64,000 nucleotides of DNA, taken from positions 44,316 to 108,315 of the forward strand of contig MGTX01000006.1 in the NCBI GenBank assembly GCA_001799675.1, read 5' to 3'. This DNA comes from Elusimicrobia bacterium GWA2_66_18. GTDB lineage: Bacteria; Elusimicrobiota; Elusimicrobia; UBA1565; UBA9628. Of the stretch, positions 54,332 through 63,304 are shown one piece after another; position 1 is the stretch's first letter, and each line of letters starts with the position of its first letter. A model generated the notes under the pieces. The model was not told where the DNA came from. It searched no databases and saw only the letters and a program-made list of their open reading frames with translations. A program made the position numbers and the translations under genes.

Positions 54332-55425
54332 CCATGGGCGACACGAACGCGCTGGAGACGAACGTCGACCTGGCCCTCGAGCTGTTCTCGATCGCGGGCT
54401 CCCTGAACTCGACGCTGGACCTGGACTTCCTCCTGCAGAAGATCGGGACCGCCGCCGAGCAGTTGACCGAGTCGGAGGCGAGCTCCATCATGCTCGTCAC
54501 CGACGACAAGAAGCACCTCTTCTTTCGCGTCGCGACGGGCGAGAAGGCCAAGGCCTTGAAGACCATGGTCCTGCCCATGGGCCAGGGCATCGCGGGCTGG
54601 GTGGCGCAGCACCGCCAGCCCCAGTTGGTCAACGACACGAAGACGGACGAGCGCTTCGCGGGCAAGTTCGACAAGGCCTCGGGATTTACGACCCGCTCGC
54701 TGCTGTGCGTGCCGATGATCTTCCGCGGGGAGTTGGTCGGGGTCGTGGAGGTGCTCAACAAGAAACAGGGCGGCTATACCGAGGCGCACGTCGGCCTGCT
54801 CTCGAGCTTGGCGAGTCTCGCCTCCGTCGCCATCACGAACACGAAGATCATCGCGGAGCAGAAGAACTTCTTTTCCCACGTGCTGGAGCTCCTCGTGGGC
54901 GTCGTCGAGACGATGAAGCCCGGCTACGAGGGCTATCCCGTCCGCGCGGCCAAGCTCGCCTGCGAGATCGGCCGGGCTCTGGGCGTGGATGATTACGACT
55001 ACCGGATGCTCTATTACGCCGGCATCCTGCACAAGATCGGCTATGTGGCCTTCAAGAACCCGCGCATGCTGGCCGACATGGGCGTCAGGTCCGCTCCCGA
55101 GGAGATGCTGCCCAGCTTCTCGGCGCGCCTGCTCACGGGCATCAAGATGATCGAGGGCGCCCTCCCCGCGATCCGCCATCACAAGGAACGCTTCGACGGC
55201 TCGGGCTATCCGGGCAAACTCGAGGGCGAGGCCATCCCTCTGGGCGGACGCATCCTGCGCCTGGTCTCGGACATGGAGGGACTGCGCATCTCCGGGGGCC
55301 TCAAGGGCGCGGAGTTGGGCGCGCGGGCGCTCAGGGAGGCCCAGGCGGGCGCGGGCAAGACCTATGACCCGAAGGTCGTGGAGGCCTTCGCGGCCGTCCT
55401 GGAGTCTCAAGGAGGAAGTTGGTGA
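54328..55425 (+). CDS. GAF-domain + HD-GYP-domain protein (HD-GYP metal-site residues apparently degenerate)
   Basis: Internal start MTMGDTNALETN...; GAF core (QGIAGWVAQHRQPQLVND); HD-GYP: GYPVRAAKLA (expected GHS.RVA), ILHKIGY (expected HD), HHKERFDGSGYPG retained. Confidence 0.75.
55411..55417 (+). promoter_or_regulatory. Shine-Dalgarno (AGGAGGA) for B12-binding subunit gene
   Basis: ctcaaggaggaagttggtgATGgac. Confidence 0.5.
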
Positions 55426-55826
55426 TGGACAAACCTTTCCGCATCCTCATCGCAAAGCCGGGTCTTGACGGCCACGACCGCGGGGCGAAGGTCATCGTGC
55501 GCGCCCTGCGCGACGCGGGCTTCGAGGTCATCTACACCGGCATCCGCCAGACGCCGGAGATGATCGCGACGGCGGCCATGCAGGAGGACGTGGACGCCGT
55601 GGGGCTTTCGCTCTTGTCGGGGGCGCATCTGACGCTTTTCCCGGAGATCTGCCGGCACCTCAAGAAGAAGGGCCTCAAGACGGTCCTGGTCTTCGGCGGC
55701 GGCATCATCCCCGACGAGGACGCGGCCGCGCTCCGGAAGGCCGGCATCGACCGCGTCTTCGGCCCCGGCACGCCGCTGCAAACCATCGTGGACTATCTCA
55801 AAGAGAAGCTCCCGGTTGCGCGTTAG
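55425..55826 (+). CDS. methylmalonyl-CoA mutase-family small subunit, B12(cobalamin)-binding domain
   Basis: MDKPFRILIAKPGLDGHDRGAKVI (DxHxxG B12-binding motif), ~133 aa Rossmann-like. Confidence 0.85.
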   Translation: MDKPFRILIAKPGLDGHDRGAKVIVRALRDAGFEVIYTGIRQTPEMIATAAMQEDVDAVGLSLLSGAHLTLFPEICRHLKKKGLKTVLVFGGGIIPDEDAAALRKAGIDRVFGPGTPLQTIVDYLKEKLPVAR

Positions 55827-56763
55827 CAACGACCCGAAGGACCTCATCAAACGCGTGCGCCGAGGCGATCACGCCGCGGCCTCGCGCGCCCTCTCGCTCG
55901 TCGTCGACGAGAACGCCGCCGGCGAGCCCCTCGCCAGGGACTTCTTTAAGTCGGCCGGCACGGTCCAGAAGGTCGGCGTCTGCGGACCTCCGGGCGCGGG
56001 CAAATCCACGCTCACCGGCCGGCTGATCGGGCATTACCGCTCTCTCAAACGCAAGGTCGGCGTGCTGGCCGTCGATCCCAGTTCCTCCATTTCGGGCGGC
56101 GCTTTTCTAGGGGACCGCCTGCGCATCATGGAGCACGCGACCGACCCCGGGGTATTCATCCGCTCGCTGGCTTCGCGCGGGATGATCGGGGGTCTGACCC
56201 ACACCATCTTCGGCGCCATCCACGTCCTGGAGGCTTTGGGCTGCGACAAGATCATCGTCGAGACCGTGGGCACCGGCCAGGACGAGGTCGACATCGCCTC
56301 GGTCGTCGACACCGTCCTCTATGTCACGACGCCCGCCATGGGCGACGAGATCCAGGCGATGAAGGCCGGCGCGATGGAGGTCGGAGACGTCTTCGTCGTC
56401 AATAAGGCCGACTTGGCCGGCAAGGACAAGGCCGTCGGCGACCTCAAAGGCGCCTTGGCGCTCGGGCACGGCGCGGGGCAGGCCGTCAAGGCCTGGGAGT
56501 CGCCGGTGGTCGCGACCGCCGCCCTTTCGGGCGAGGGAGTGGCGCAACTCGCCAAGCTTGTCGATGAGCATTGGACGCATCTCAAGAAGTCGGGCGAGGG
56601 CAGGAAGCGGCTCAAGAGGCAGCATGCCACCGAGCTTCAGTTCTGGGTCCACCGCCACGTCGTCAAGAACGCCCTCGGCCGGGTCACCGACAAGGACCTT
56701 GATGACATGGTGACGCGTAAGACCGACCCGGCGACGCTGGGGCGGAAGTTGCTGCAAAGTTGA
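55816..56763 (+). CDS. meaB: methylmalonyl-CoA mutase-associated G-protein chaperone MeaB (ArgK family), probable TTG start
   Basis: GVCGPPGAGKSTL (P-loop), VETVGTGQ, NKAD; start overlaps B12 subunit stop. Confidence 0.88.
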   Translation: MRVSNDPKDLIKRVRRGDHAAASRALSLVVDENAAGEPLARDFFKSAGTVQKVGVCGPPGAGKSTLTGRLIGHYRSLKRKVGVLAVDPSSSISGGAFLGDRLRIMEHATDPGVFIRSLASRGMIGGLTHTIFGAIHVLEALGCDKIIVETVGTGQDEVDIASVVDTVLYVTTPAMGDEIQAMKAGAMEVGDVFVVNKADLAGKDKAVGDLKGALALGHGAGQAVKAWESPVVATAALSGEGVAQLAKLVDEHWTHLKKSGEGRKRLKRQHATELQFWVHRHVVKNALGRVTDKDLDDMVTRKTDPATLGRKLLQS

Positions 56764-56782
56764 TTCGGACTGGAGATTTCCC

Positions 56783-57187
56783 ATGGGGAATAAGCCCGTT
56801 ACGTCGACGCGCTCGTCAGAAATGATGCGAACTCTTTATGGTCCATCCTATGCCAAAGATGTGTTCCGCCGCCTTGAATGCCTCGACCCTGAACTCAACA
56901 AGATAATCCAGGAAATTCCTTATGATGCTTTCTGGTCGCGCGAAGGGCTGAATCTACGCGATAAAAGCCTGATAACGGTCGCGGCATTGATCGCCATGGG
57001 CAAAGAAGAGCAGACCAAGATTCACATGCGGGGATTTCTTCACTCCGGCGGCACAGTGTCCGAGATTCGGAATATGCTGATCCATCTTGCCGTCTATTGC
57101 GGTTTTCCGGCCGTCATGAACGGCTTTGCTGCTCTTAGAGATGTCTTGCCCCTGATACCGACAGGCCGGAAGAAGACACGCCGATGA
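56783..57187 (+). CDS. carboxymuconolactone decarboxylase (CMD/AhpD-like) family protein
   Basis: 134 aa; ...REGLNLRDKSLITVAALIAMGKEEQTKIHMRGFLHSGGTVSEIRNMLIHLAVYCGFPAV (CMD helix pattern); GC ~50%. Confidence 0.65.
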   Translation: MGNKPVTSTRSSEMMRTLYGPSYAKDVFRRLECLDPELNKIIQEIPYDAFWSREGLNLRDKSLITVAALIAMGKEEQTKIHMRGFLHSGGTVSEIRNMLIHLAVYCGFPAVMNGFAALRDVLPLIPTGRKKTRR

Positions 57188-58887
57188 TATGGAGGCATTG
57201 GTCGAAGCATGTTCTCATCCTGTCGCTGACGTTTATCGCCCTGCTTTTCCTATTTTCCAGCGGATATGCTTACTTGAAGTTCCGGGACGACCTTATTCAC
57301 GCGCAGTTGGCCAACCAGCAGAAAATGACTCGAATCGTCAACCAATCGCTCAACCTTTATTTCGACAAATTGAGGTTTGCAGTCGAGGTCACCGTGCTAC
57401 AGACGGCCTTCCGCCCAGATGTCAACAGGGGTGAAGATGCAATCCGCTACGAACAGCCGCGCGTGGCAATATCCAAGACATCGCTTGCCTTTCAGGGTAT
57501 TGCGAAGGTGCTGGAAAATCCGCGCAAAGCCGTCGATCCAGCGGACTCCCTCAAGCGTCTGCGTAATTGGCAGATTTATAAAGCGCTTCCGGAGGTGGAC
57601 TTGCGCGGCGAGATCATCGCCAGGCTCCGCCGAGTTCTTGCGAGAAACATTCTAAGAACGTTCAAGGATGTCCATTACGTCTTTGAAATGGATATCAACG
57701 GCGATTTGGTTTTTCTGGAGCCTTTTGAGATTCAAAAGAACATTTCGAGTTTTAATTATGAGTTTCGCGACTATTTGCAACTTGTAAAAGCGTGCCGCTC
57801 CAGTGTGATAGTGGAGTTCAAGCGCCTGGTCTCAAACCTCGTCAACAACGCGGTCGAGGCCTTCGGCGACGGTCACGGTTCGGTGAACATCGGTCTCGCC
57901 TCCAGCGGCGGGTGCGCCCTGGTGAGCGTGCAGGATAACGGCAAGGGCATCCCTCCCGATGTGCTGGCCAAGCTCGGACGCCGCGGCGAGACCCATGGCA
58001 AAGCCGGGGGCTCGGGGTTGGGGCTCTATCATGCCCAGACCAGCGCCGAATCATGGGGCGGAAGCCTGGAGATTGCCTCTGAAGTCGGCAAGGGAACAAC
58101 GACCACAGTGATCCTGCCCCTGTCCCCCGCGCCGGAGTGGTTCGTGCCGGAGCTTCGGCTTACGCCCGGCAAGGTCGTGGTGATCTTGGATGACGATGCG
58201 AGCATACACCAGGTCTGGCAGGGACGGCTTGACGCCTTGAAGGCGGGCGGGCGAGGCGTCGAGGTCGTTCATGTTTCGACGCCGGATGAGACACGGGGCT
58301 GGGTCAAGGGTGAGGGGGCCAAGGCGCGGCAGGCGCTGTACCTGTTCGACTACGAACTGCTGGGCTATCACGAGACGGGACTGAGCCTGGCCGAGGAGCT
58401 TGCCCTCGGTGATCGCGTGGTCCTAGTGACGAGCCGCTACGATGAACCGAAAGTGTTGGAAGGCTGTCGGAGGCTCAAGGCACGTCTGATCCCCAAGGGA
58501 CTGGCGGGGTCGGTACCGATGCACATGGCGGCGGCGGTGGAGACTCCCGAAAGGGAGCGGCTCGACGCGGTGCTCATCGACGACGATGCATTGGCTCGAA
58601 TGAACTGGAAGATGGCGGCCAAGAGGGTGGGGAAGTCCTTTAAAGCGTATGCGGACGCGGCGTCCTTCCTGGCCGAACTGGACGCGGGCGCTATTTCCAC
58701 GGATACGCCCATCTATATCGACTCAAACCTCGCCGATGGAGTCAAGGGCGAAGACGTGGCGCGGGAGATCAGTCGCCGGGGTTTTGCCGAGATTCGACTG
58801 GCGACGGGTCATGAGCCCTCATCGTTTCCCGTGATGCCGCACATCCGCGAGGTTGTCGGAAAAACGCCGCCGTGGGATGCGGTGTGA
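57184..58887 (+). CDS. sensor histidine-kinase-like protein: TM + periplasmic sensor region, HATPase_c domain without recognisable HisKA/H-box, followed by two receiver-like domains
   Basis: N-box LVSNLVNNAVEAF, G1 VQDNGKGIP, G2 GGSGLGLYHAQ, GKGTTTTVILPL; REC-like KVVVILDDDASIH...FDYELL...LVTSRYDEPK and AVLIDDDALARM...IYIDSNL...RLATGHEP; no H-E-x-x-x-P box upstream of N-box; GC switches from ~48% to ~68% near 57820. Confidence 0.65.
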   Translation: MIWRHWSKHVLILSLTFIALLFLFSSGYAYLKFRDDLIHAQLANQQKMTRIVNQSLNLYFDKLRFAVEVTVLQTAFRPDVNRGEDAIRYEQPRVAISKTSLAFQGIAKVLENPRKAVDPADSLKRLRNWQIYKALPEVDLRGEIIARLRRVLARNILRTFKDVHYVFEMDINGDLVFLEPFEIQKNISSFNYEFRDYLQLVKACRSSVIVEFKRLVSNLVNNAVEAFGDGHGSVNIGLASSGGCALVSVQDNGKGIPPDVLAKLGRRGETHGKAGGSGLGLYHAQTSAESWGGSLEIASEVGKGTTTTVILPLSPAPEWFVPELRLTPGKVVVILDDDASIHQVWQGRLDALKAGGRGVEVVHVSTPDETRGWVKGEGAKARQALYLFDYELLGYHETGLSLAEELALGDRVVLVTSRYDEPKVLEGCRRLKARLIPKGLAGSVPMHMAAAVETPERERLDAVLIDDDALARMNWKMAAKRVGKSFKAYADAASFLAELDAGAISTDTPIYIDSNLADGVKGEDVAREISRRGFAEIRLATGHEPSSFPVMPHIREVVGKTPPWDAV

Positions 58888-58894
58888 GATTCCC

Positions 58895-59293
58895 ATGATG
58901 AGACTCCACCACGTCGGCGTGGCCGTGACGAATCTCAACGAAGCGATTGCGCGTTACGAACGCATGGGTCTGAGGCTTGCGCATAGAGAGGTCGTCGCGT
59001 CTCAGGAGGTCGAGGTGGCATTCGTGGGCGAGGGACCGTTCGTGGAGCTTCTGGCGGGGACCTCGGCCGATTCGCCCGTCTCCAAGTTCGTGGTGAAGAA
59101 AGGTCCGGGCCAGCATCACCTCGCTTTCGCCGTGCCGAGCATCGCGGAAGAACTGAAGCGCCAGGCCGCGGCGGGCGCCAAACTCATCGACCGGGTCGCG
59201 CGGCCGGGAGCGTGGGGGCGCCAGGTCGCTTTCCTGCATCCCGAGAACCAAGGCGGGGTGCTCGTCGAACTGGTGGAGGATCATGCCGGATAA
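58895..59293 (+). CDS. mce: methylmalonyl-CoA epimerase (VOC/glyoxalase-fold)
   Basis: MMRLHHVGVAVTNLNEAIARYERMGL...GQHHLAFAV... typical epimerase VOC motifs; cluster context. Confidence 0.75.
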   Translation: MMRLHHVGVAVTNLNEAIARYERMGLRLAHREVVASQEVEVAFVGEGPFVELLAGTSADSPVSKFVVKKGPGQHHLAFAVPSIAEELKRQAAAGAKLIDRVARPGAWGRQVAFLHPENQGGVLVELVEDHAG

Positions 59294-60857
59294 GAAAACG
59301 AAGCGCCCGCTCATCTCCTCGAAGACGCGGCGGATGCTCGACAAACGCGCCCTCGCCGAGGCGGGGGGCGGTCCCGAGCGTCTGGCGGCGCAGAAGGCGT
59401 CGGGCAAGATGGCGGCGCGCGAGCGCATCGACATGCTCGTCGACGACGACAGCTTCGAGGAAGTCGACGCCTTGGTCGAGACGAAGTCGACGGATTTCGG
59501 CCTGGACAAGAAGTACCTGGCGGCCGACGGGGTGGTGACGGGTTTCGCCCGCATTAATGGCCGCCTCGTCTGCATTTATTCCCAGGATTTCACGGTCATG
59601 GGGGGCTCGCTCGGCCTGGCCCACGCCATGAAGATCTGCAAGGTGATGGACATGGCGGTGACCGCCGGCGTGCCCGTCATCGGCCTGTGCGACTCGGGCG
59701 GCGCGCGCATCCAGGAGGGCGTGGAGAGCCTGGGCGGCTACGCGGAGATCTTCTATCGGAACGTCCGCGCCTCCGGCTTCGTCCCTCAGATTTCCGCCAT
59801 TCTCGGACCTTGCGCGGGAGGGGCGGTGTATTCACCCGCCCTGACCGATTTCATCATCATGGTCGACGGGACCAGCCACATGTTCATCACGGGCCCCGGG
59901 GTGGTCAAGGCCGCCACGGGCGAGACCTGCGATTTCGAGAGCCTAGGCGGGGCCGACACGCACAGTCGCCTTTCGGGGGTGGCCCAATTCGTGGCGGGCA
60001 GCGAGCAGGACTGCTTCCGCCAGATCCGGGAGTTGCTCGACTACCTCCCGCAGAACTGCCGCGAGACCGCCAAGCCGAACATGGCCGGCGACGATCCCCT
60101 GCGCGAGAGCGCGACGTTGGAGCGCGTCAGCGAGCTCGAAGCCAAGAAATCCTATCAGGTCCACGCGGTCGTCTGGGAGATCGCCGACGGCCACCAGTTC
60201 TTCGAGGTCCACAAGAACTTCGCGCGCAACATCGTCTGCGGCTTCATCCGCCTCGACGGCGAGTCCGTGGGCGTGGTCGCAAACAATCCCCAGGTGCTCT
60301 CCGGCGCGCTCGACATCGACGCATCGGAGAAGGGCGCGCGTTTCATCAACTTTTGCGATGCCTTCAATATTCCGCTCCTGACGCTGGTCGACGTGCCGGG
60401 CTACTGGCCGGGCCTGGAGCAAGAGCACGGCGGCATCATCCGACGCGGCGCCAAGCTCCTCTACGCCTACTGCCGCGCCTCAGTGCCCCTCGTGACCGTC
60501 GTTTTGAGGAAGGCTTACGGCGGGGCCTACGACGTGATGAGCTCCAAGCACATCCGCGGCGACATCAACTTCGCCTGGCCCTGCGCCGAGATCGCCGTCA
60601 TGGGCCCTCAGGGCGCGGTCAATATCCTTTATAAGACGGAGCTGGCCAAGGCAGCCGACCCCGAGAAGCGCCGGGCCGAATTGGTGCGTGAGTATGTCGC
60701 GAAGTTCGCCTCGCCCTTCCAGGCCGCCAAGCACGGCTACATCGACGAAGTCATCGAGGCGCGCAAGACCCGCCCGAAGGTCATCCGGGCGTTCCGATTC
60801 CTGAAGGGCAAGAAGGTTGAACCGTTGCCCAAGAAGCACGGCAACATCCCCTTATAG
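59283..60857 (+). CDS. carboxyltransferase subunit of the propionyl-CoA carboxylase beta / methylmalonyl-CoA decarboxylase alpha / transcarboxylase 12S family
   Basis: 524 aa; crotonase-fold carboxyltransferase halves (...FTVMGGSLG..., ...AYGGAYDVM...). Confidence 0.88.
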   Translation: MPDKKTKRPLISSKTRRMLDKRALAEAGGGPERLAAQKASGKMAARERIDMLVDDDSFEEVDALVETKSTDFGLDKKYLAADGVVTGFARINGRLVCIYSQDFTVMGGSLGLAHAMKICKVMDMAVTAGVPVIGLCDSGGARIQEGVESLGGYAEIFYRNVRASGFVPQISAILGPCAGGAVYSPALTDFIIMVDGTSHMFITGPGVVKAATGETCDFESLGGADTHSRLSGVAQFVAGSEQDCFRQIRELLDYLPQNCRETAKPNMAGDDPLRESATLERVSELEAKKSYQVHAVVWEIADGHQFFEVHKNFARNIVCGFIRLDGESVGVVANNPQVLSGALDIDASEKGARFINFCDAFNIPLLTLVDVPGYWPGLEQEHGGIIRRGAKLLYAYCRASVPLVTVVLRKAYGGAYDVMSSKHIRGDINFAWPCAEIAVMGPQGAVNILYKTELAKAADPEKRRAELVREYVAKFASPFQAAKHGYIDEVIEARKTRPKVIRAFRFLKGKKVEPLPKKHGNIPL

Positions 60858-60881
60858 AAGACCAGCGACCAGCGATGCACA

Positions 60882-60887
60882 GGAGGC
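60882..60887 (+). promoter_or_regulatory. Shine-Dalgarno AGGAGG for mdh
   Basis: gcacaggaggcacaaATGgct. Confidence 0.55.
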
Positions 60888-60892
60888 ACAAA

Positions 60893-61824
60893 TGGCTCGG
60901 AAAAAAGTGACGGTGATCGGCGCCGGGAACGTCGGGGCGTCTCTCGTCCAGCGCCTGGCGGAGATGGACATGTGCGACGTCGTCATGGTGGACATCCCGC
61001 AGACCGGGGATATGCCCGCCGGCAAGGCCCTCGACATCATGGAGTCGGGGCCGATCTGCGGCTATGACTCGCGCGTGACGGGGACCACGACCTACGAGAG
61101 CACCAAGGACTCGGACGTCGTCGTCATCACCGCGGGCATCCCGCGCAAGCCGGGGATGAGTCGCGACGACCTCCTCAACACCAACGCCGGCATCGTCAAG
61201 GCTGTGACCGAGCAGGCGGTCAAGTTCTCGCCGCGCTGCGTGCTCATCATCGTCTCGAACCCGCTCGACGCGATGTGCTCGGTGGCGCTGAAGACATCCC
61301 AGTTCCCGAAGCACCGCGTCCTCGGCATGGCCGGGGTCCTCGATAGCGCGCGCATGCGCTGGTTCCTGGCCGAGGCCCTCGACGTTTCCATGGAGAGCGT
61401 TCACGCGATGGTGCTCGGCGGCCACGGCGACACCATGGTTCCCATGCCCCGCTTCTCCACGGTCAACGGCATCGCCGTCACCGAACTCCTGCCCAAGGAG
61501 AAGATCGAGGCCATCAATCAGCGCACCCGGGACGGCGGCGCCGAGATCATCAAGCTTCTCAAGACCGGTTCGGCGTATTACGCGCCCTCGGCCGCCGCGG
61601 CCGAGATGGTCGAGGCCATCCTCAAGGACAAGAAGAAAATCCTGCCCTGCGCCGCCCTCCTCGAGGGCGAGTACGGCATCGAGGGCGTCTTCGTGGGCGT
61701 GCCCTGCAAGCTGGGAGAGCGCGGCATCGAGGCCGTCATCCAGCTTAATCTCACGGTCGAGGAACGCGCCGCGCTCCTGAAGTCGGCCGGCGCGGTCAAG
61801 GAGTTGGTCGGGGCGCTGAAGTAA
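60893..61824 (+). CDS. mdh: malate dehydrogenase (LDH-like MDH type)
   Basis: [17 protein letters not shown] (Rossmann), ...[17 protein letters not shown]..., catalytic His in [12 protein letters not shown]; starts inside ORF 60817..61824. Confidence 0.92.
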
Positions 61825-61825
61825 G

Positions 61826-62569
61826 TTGCTCCTCGCCGTCGACGTCGGTAACACCAACCTGACGATCGGATTGTTCGACGGGGATCGACTGGTCCGCCGC
61901 TGGCGGCTCCAGACCGATCCCCGTCGTTGCGTCGCTTGGTATGTCGAGCGCCTCCGGCGCTCTCCCCATCCCCAGGCCGTCATCTACGGCAGCGTCGTTC
62001 CTAGCCTCGACGCCAAACTCGAAGTGGCCGTTCGAAAGTCCTTCGGCCTGAAAGCCTGCGCCATCACGCCTCGCACGAGGCTCGGGGTGAAGCTCAAGGT
62101 GCGCAGGCCGGGTCAGGTCGGCGCGGACCGCCTCCTCAACGCCGTGGCGCTGAAGGCGCTTTTCGGCAGGACCGCCATCGCCATCGATTTTGGCACGGCC
62201 ACCACCTTCGACTGCGTCGACGCCGAGGGGGACTATCTCGGCGGGGCCATCCTCCTGGGCCCTGATTGCGCGGCGCGCGCCCTGCACGAGTTCACCGCCA
62301 AGCTGCCGCTCGTCAAGGTCCGCAAGCCCGCGACCGTGATGGGCAAGGACACCGTGCACTGCTTGGAGGCCGGCCTCTATTTCGGCTACCTCGGCATGAT
62401 CAAGGAGGTCCTGGCCCGGACCAAGGCCGAGATGAGCGGCCGCCCGACCGTCGTCGCCACAGGAGGCCTCGCCCCGCTCTTCTTGAGGGACCTGCCGGGC
62501 GTGCGTCACGAGCCCGACCTGACCCTCCACGGGTTGAGATTCGCCCACGAAATATCGCATCATGGCTGA
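61826..62569 (+). CDS. coaX: type III pantothenate kinase CoaX (TTG start)
   Basis: LLAVDVGNTNLTIGLF (DxGNT), ...IAIDFGTATTFD..., GGLAP. Confidence 0.85.
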   Translation: MLLAVDVGNTNLTIGLFDGDRLVRRWRLQTDPRRCVAWYVERLRRSPHPQAVIYGSVVPSLDAKLEVAVRKSFGLKACAITPRTRLGVKLKVRRPGQVGADRLLNAVALKALFGRTAIAIDFGTATTFDCVDAEGDYLGGAILLGPDCAARALHEFTAKLPLVKVRKPATVMGKDTVHCLEAGLYFGYLGMIKEVLARTKAEMSGRPTVVATGGLAPLFLRDLPGVRHEPDLTLHGLRFAHEISHHG

Positions 62570-62572
62570 GCC

Positions 62573-63304
62573 ATGAAGGCGCTCCTGGCCGCAGCCGCCC
62601 TCGTCTTCCTCGCGCCGCCCCTCCGCGCCGGCGGCGACCAGTACGGGGGGTTCGAGCAGTACGCCGATGAAGGCTCGCTCAAGCCCTTCGCCCGCGACCT
62701 GGGCGGCATCCTCGGCGCGGCCACCTTTCACAGCGGGCGGCCGCTGGGCTTCTCCGGCTTCGACGTCGGCGCCCGCTTCGGCGGGCAGTTCTATCCGTCC
62801 AAGGGAGACCAGATCCTGCTGCGCAAGGGCGTGAGCCTCTTCGGCCTGCCTTGGGTTCAGGCTGAGATCGGCTTGCCCTTCAAGCTGGACGGCTTCATCC
62901 GCGGCATCTCCTACCAGGGCCTGACCATCGCGGGCGGCGGCGTGCGCTGGGGCATCTACTCCGCCTCGGACAAGCGTTGGGTCCCCCAACTCCTCGTCTC
63001 GGCCGTCGGCCACTCGGTGGTCCATCGGGCCTTCTCCGCCTCCCATTTCGGCGCGAACCTAGTCTGCTCCGCGGGCACGCCGGCCGTAGCGCCCTTCGTG
63101 GGCGCGGGCTTCGACCGCGCGCGCTTGGTGGTGCGTTCCTCCCTGCTCGACTCGACCCTCAACGGCCGCGAGGTCGCGACCTTCGAGGGCCGCTACACTG
63201 CGGGGGTGACCCTCAAGCCCTTCCAGTTCGTCTACCTCAACCTCGCCTATACCCTGGCCCACGGCCAGTCCGGCGCCGACGCCGGTCTCGGTGTCCGTTT
63301 CTAG
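62573..63304 (+). CDS. hypothetical exported protein, possible small outer-membrane beta-barrel (C-terminal Phe)
   Basis: Signal MKALLAAAALVFLAPPLRAGG; alternating hydrophobic pattern; ends ...GLGVRF. Confidence 0.45.
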   Translation: MKALLAAAALVFLAPPLRAGGDQYGGFEQYADEGSLKPFARDLGGILGAATFHSGRPLGFSGFDVGARFGGQFYPSKGDQILLRKGVSLFGLPWVQAEIGLPFKLDGFIRGISYQGLTIAGGGVRWGIYSASDKRWVPQLLVSAVGHSVVHRAFSASHFGANLVCSAGTPAVAPFVGAGFDRARLVVRSSLLDSTLNGREVATFEGRYTAGVTLKPFQFVYLNLAYTLAHGQSGADAGLGVRF

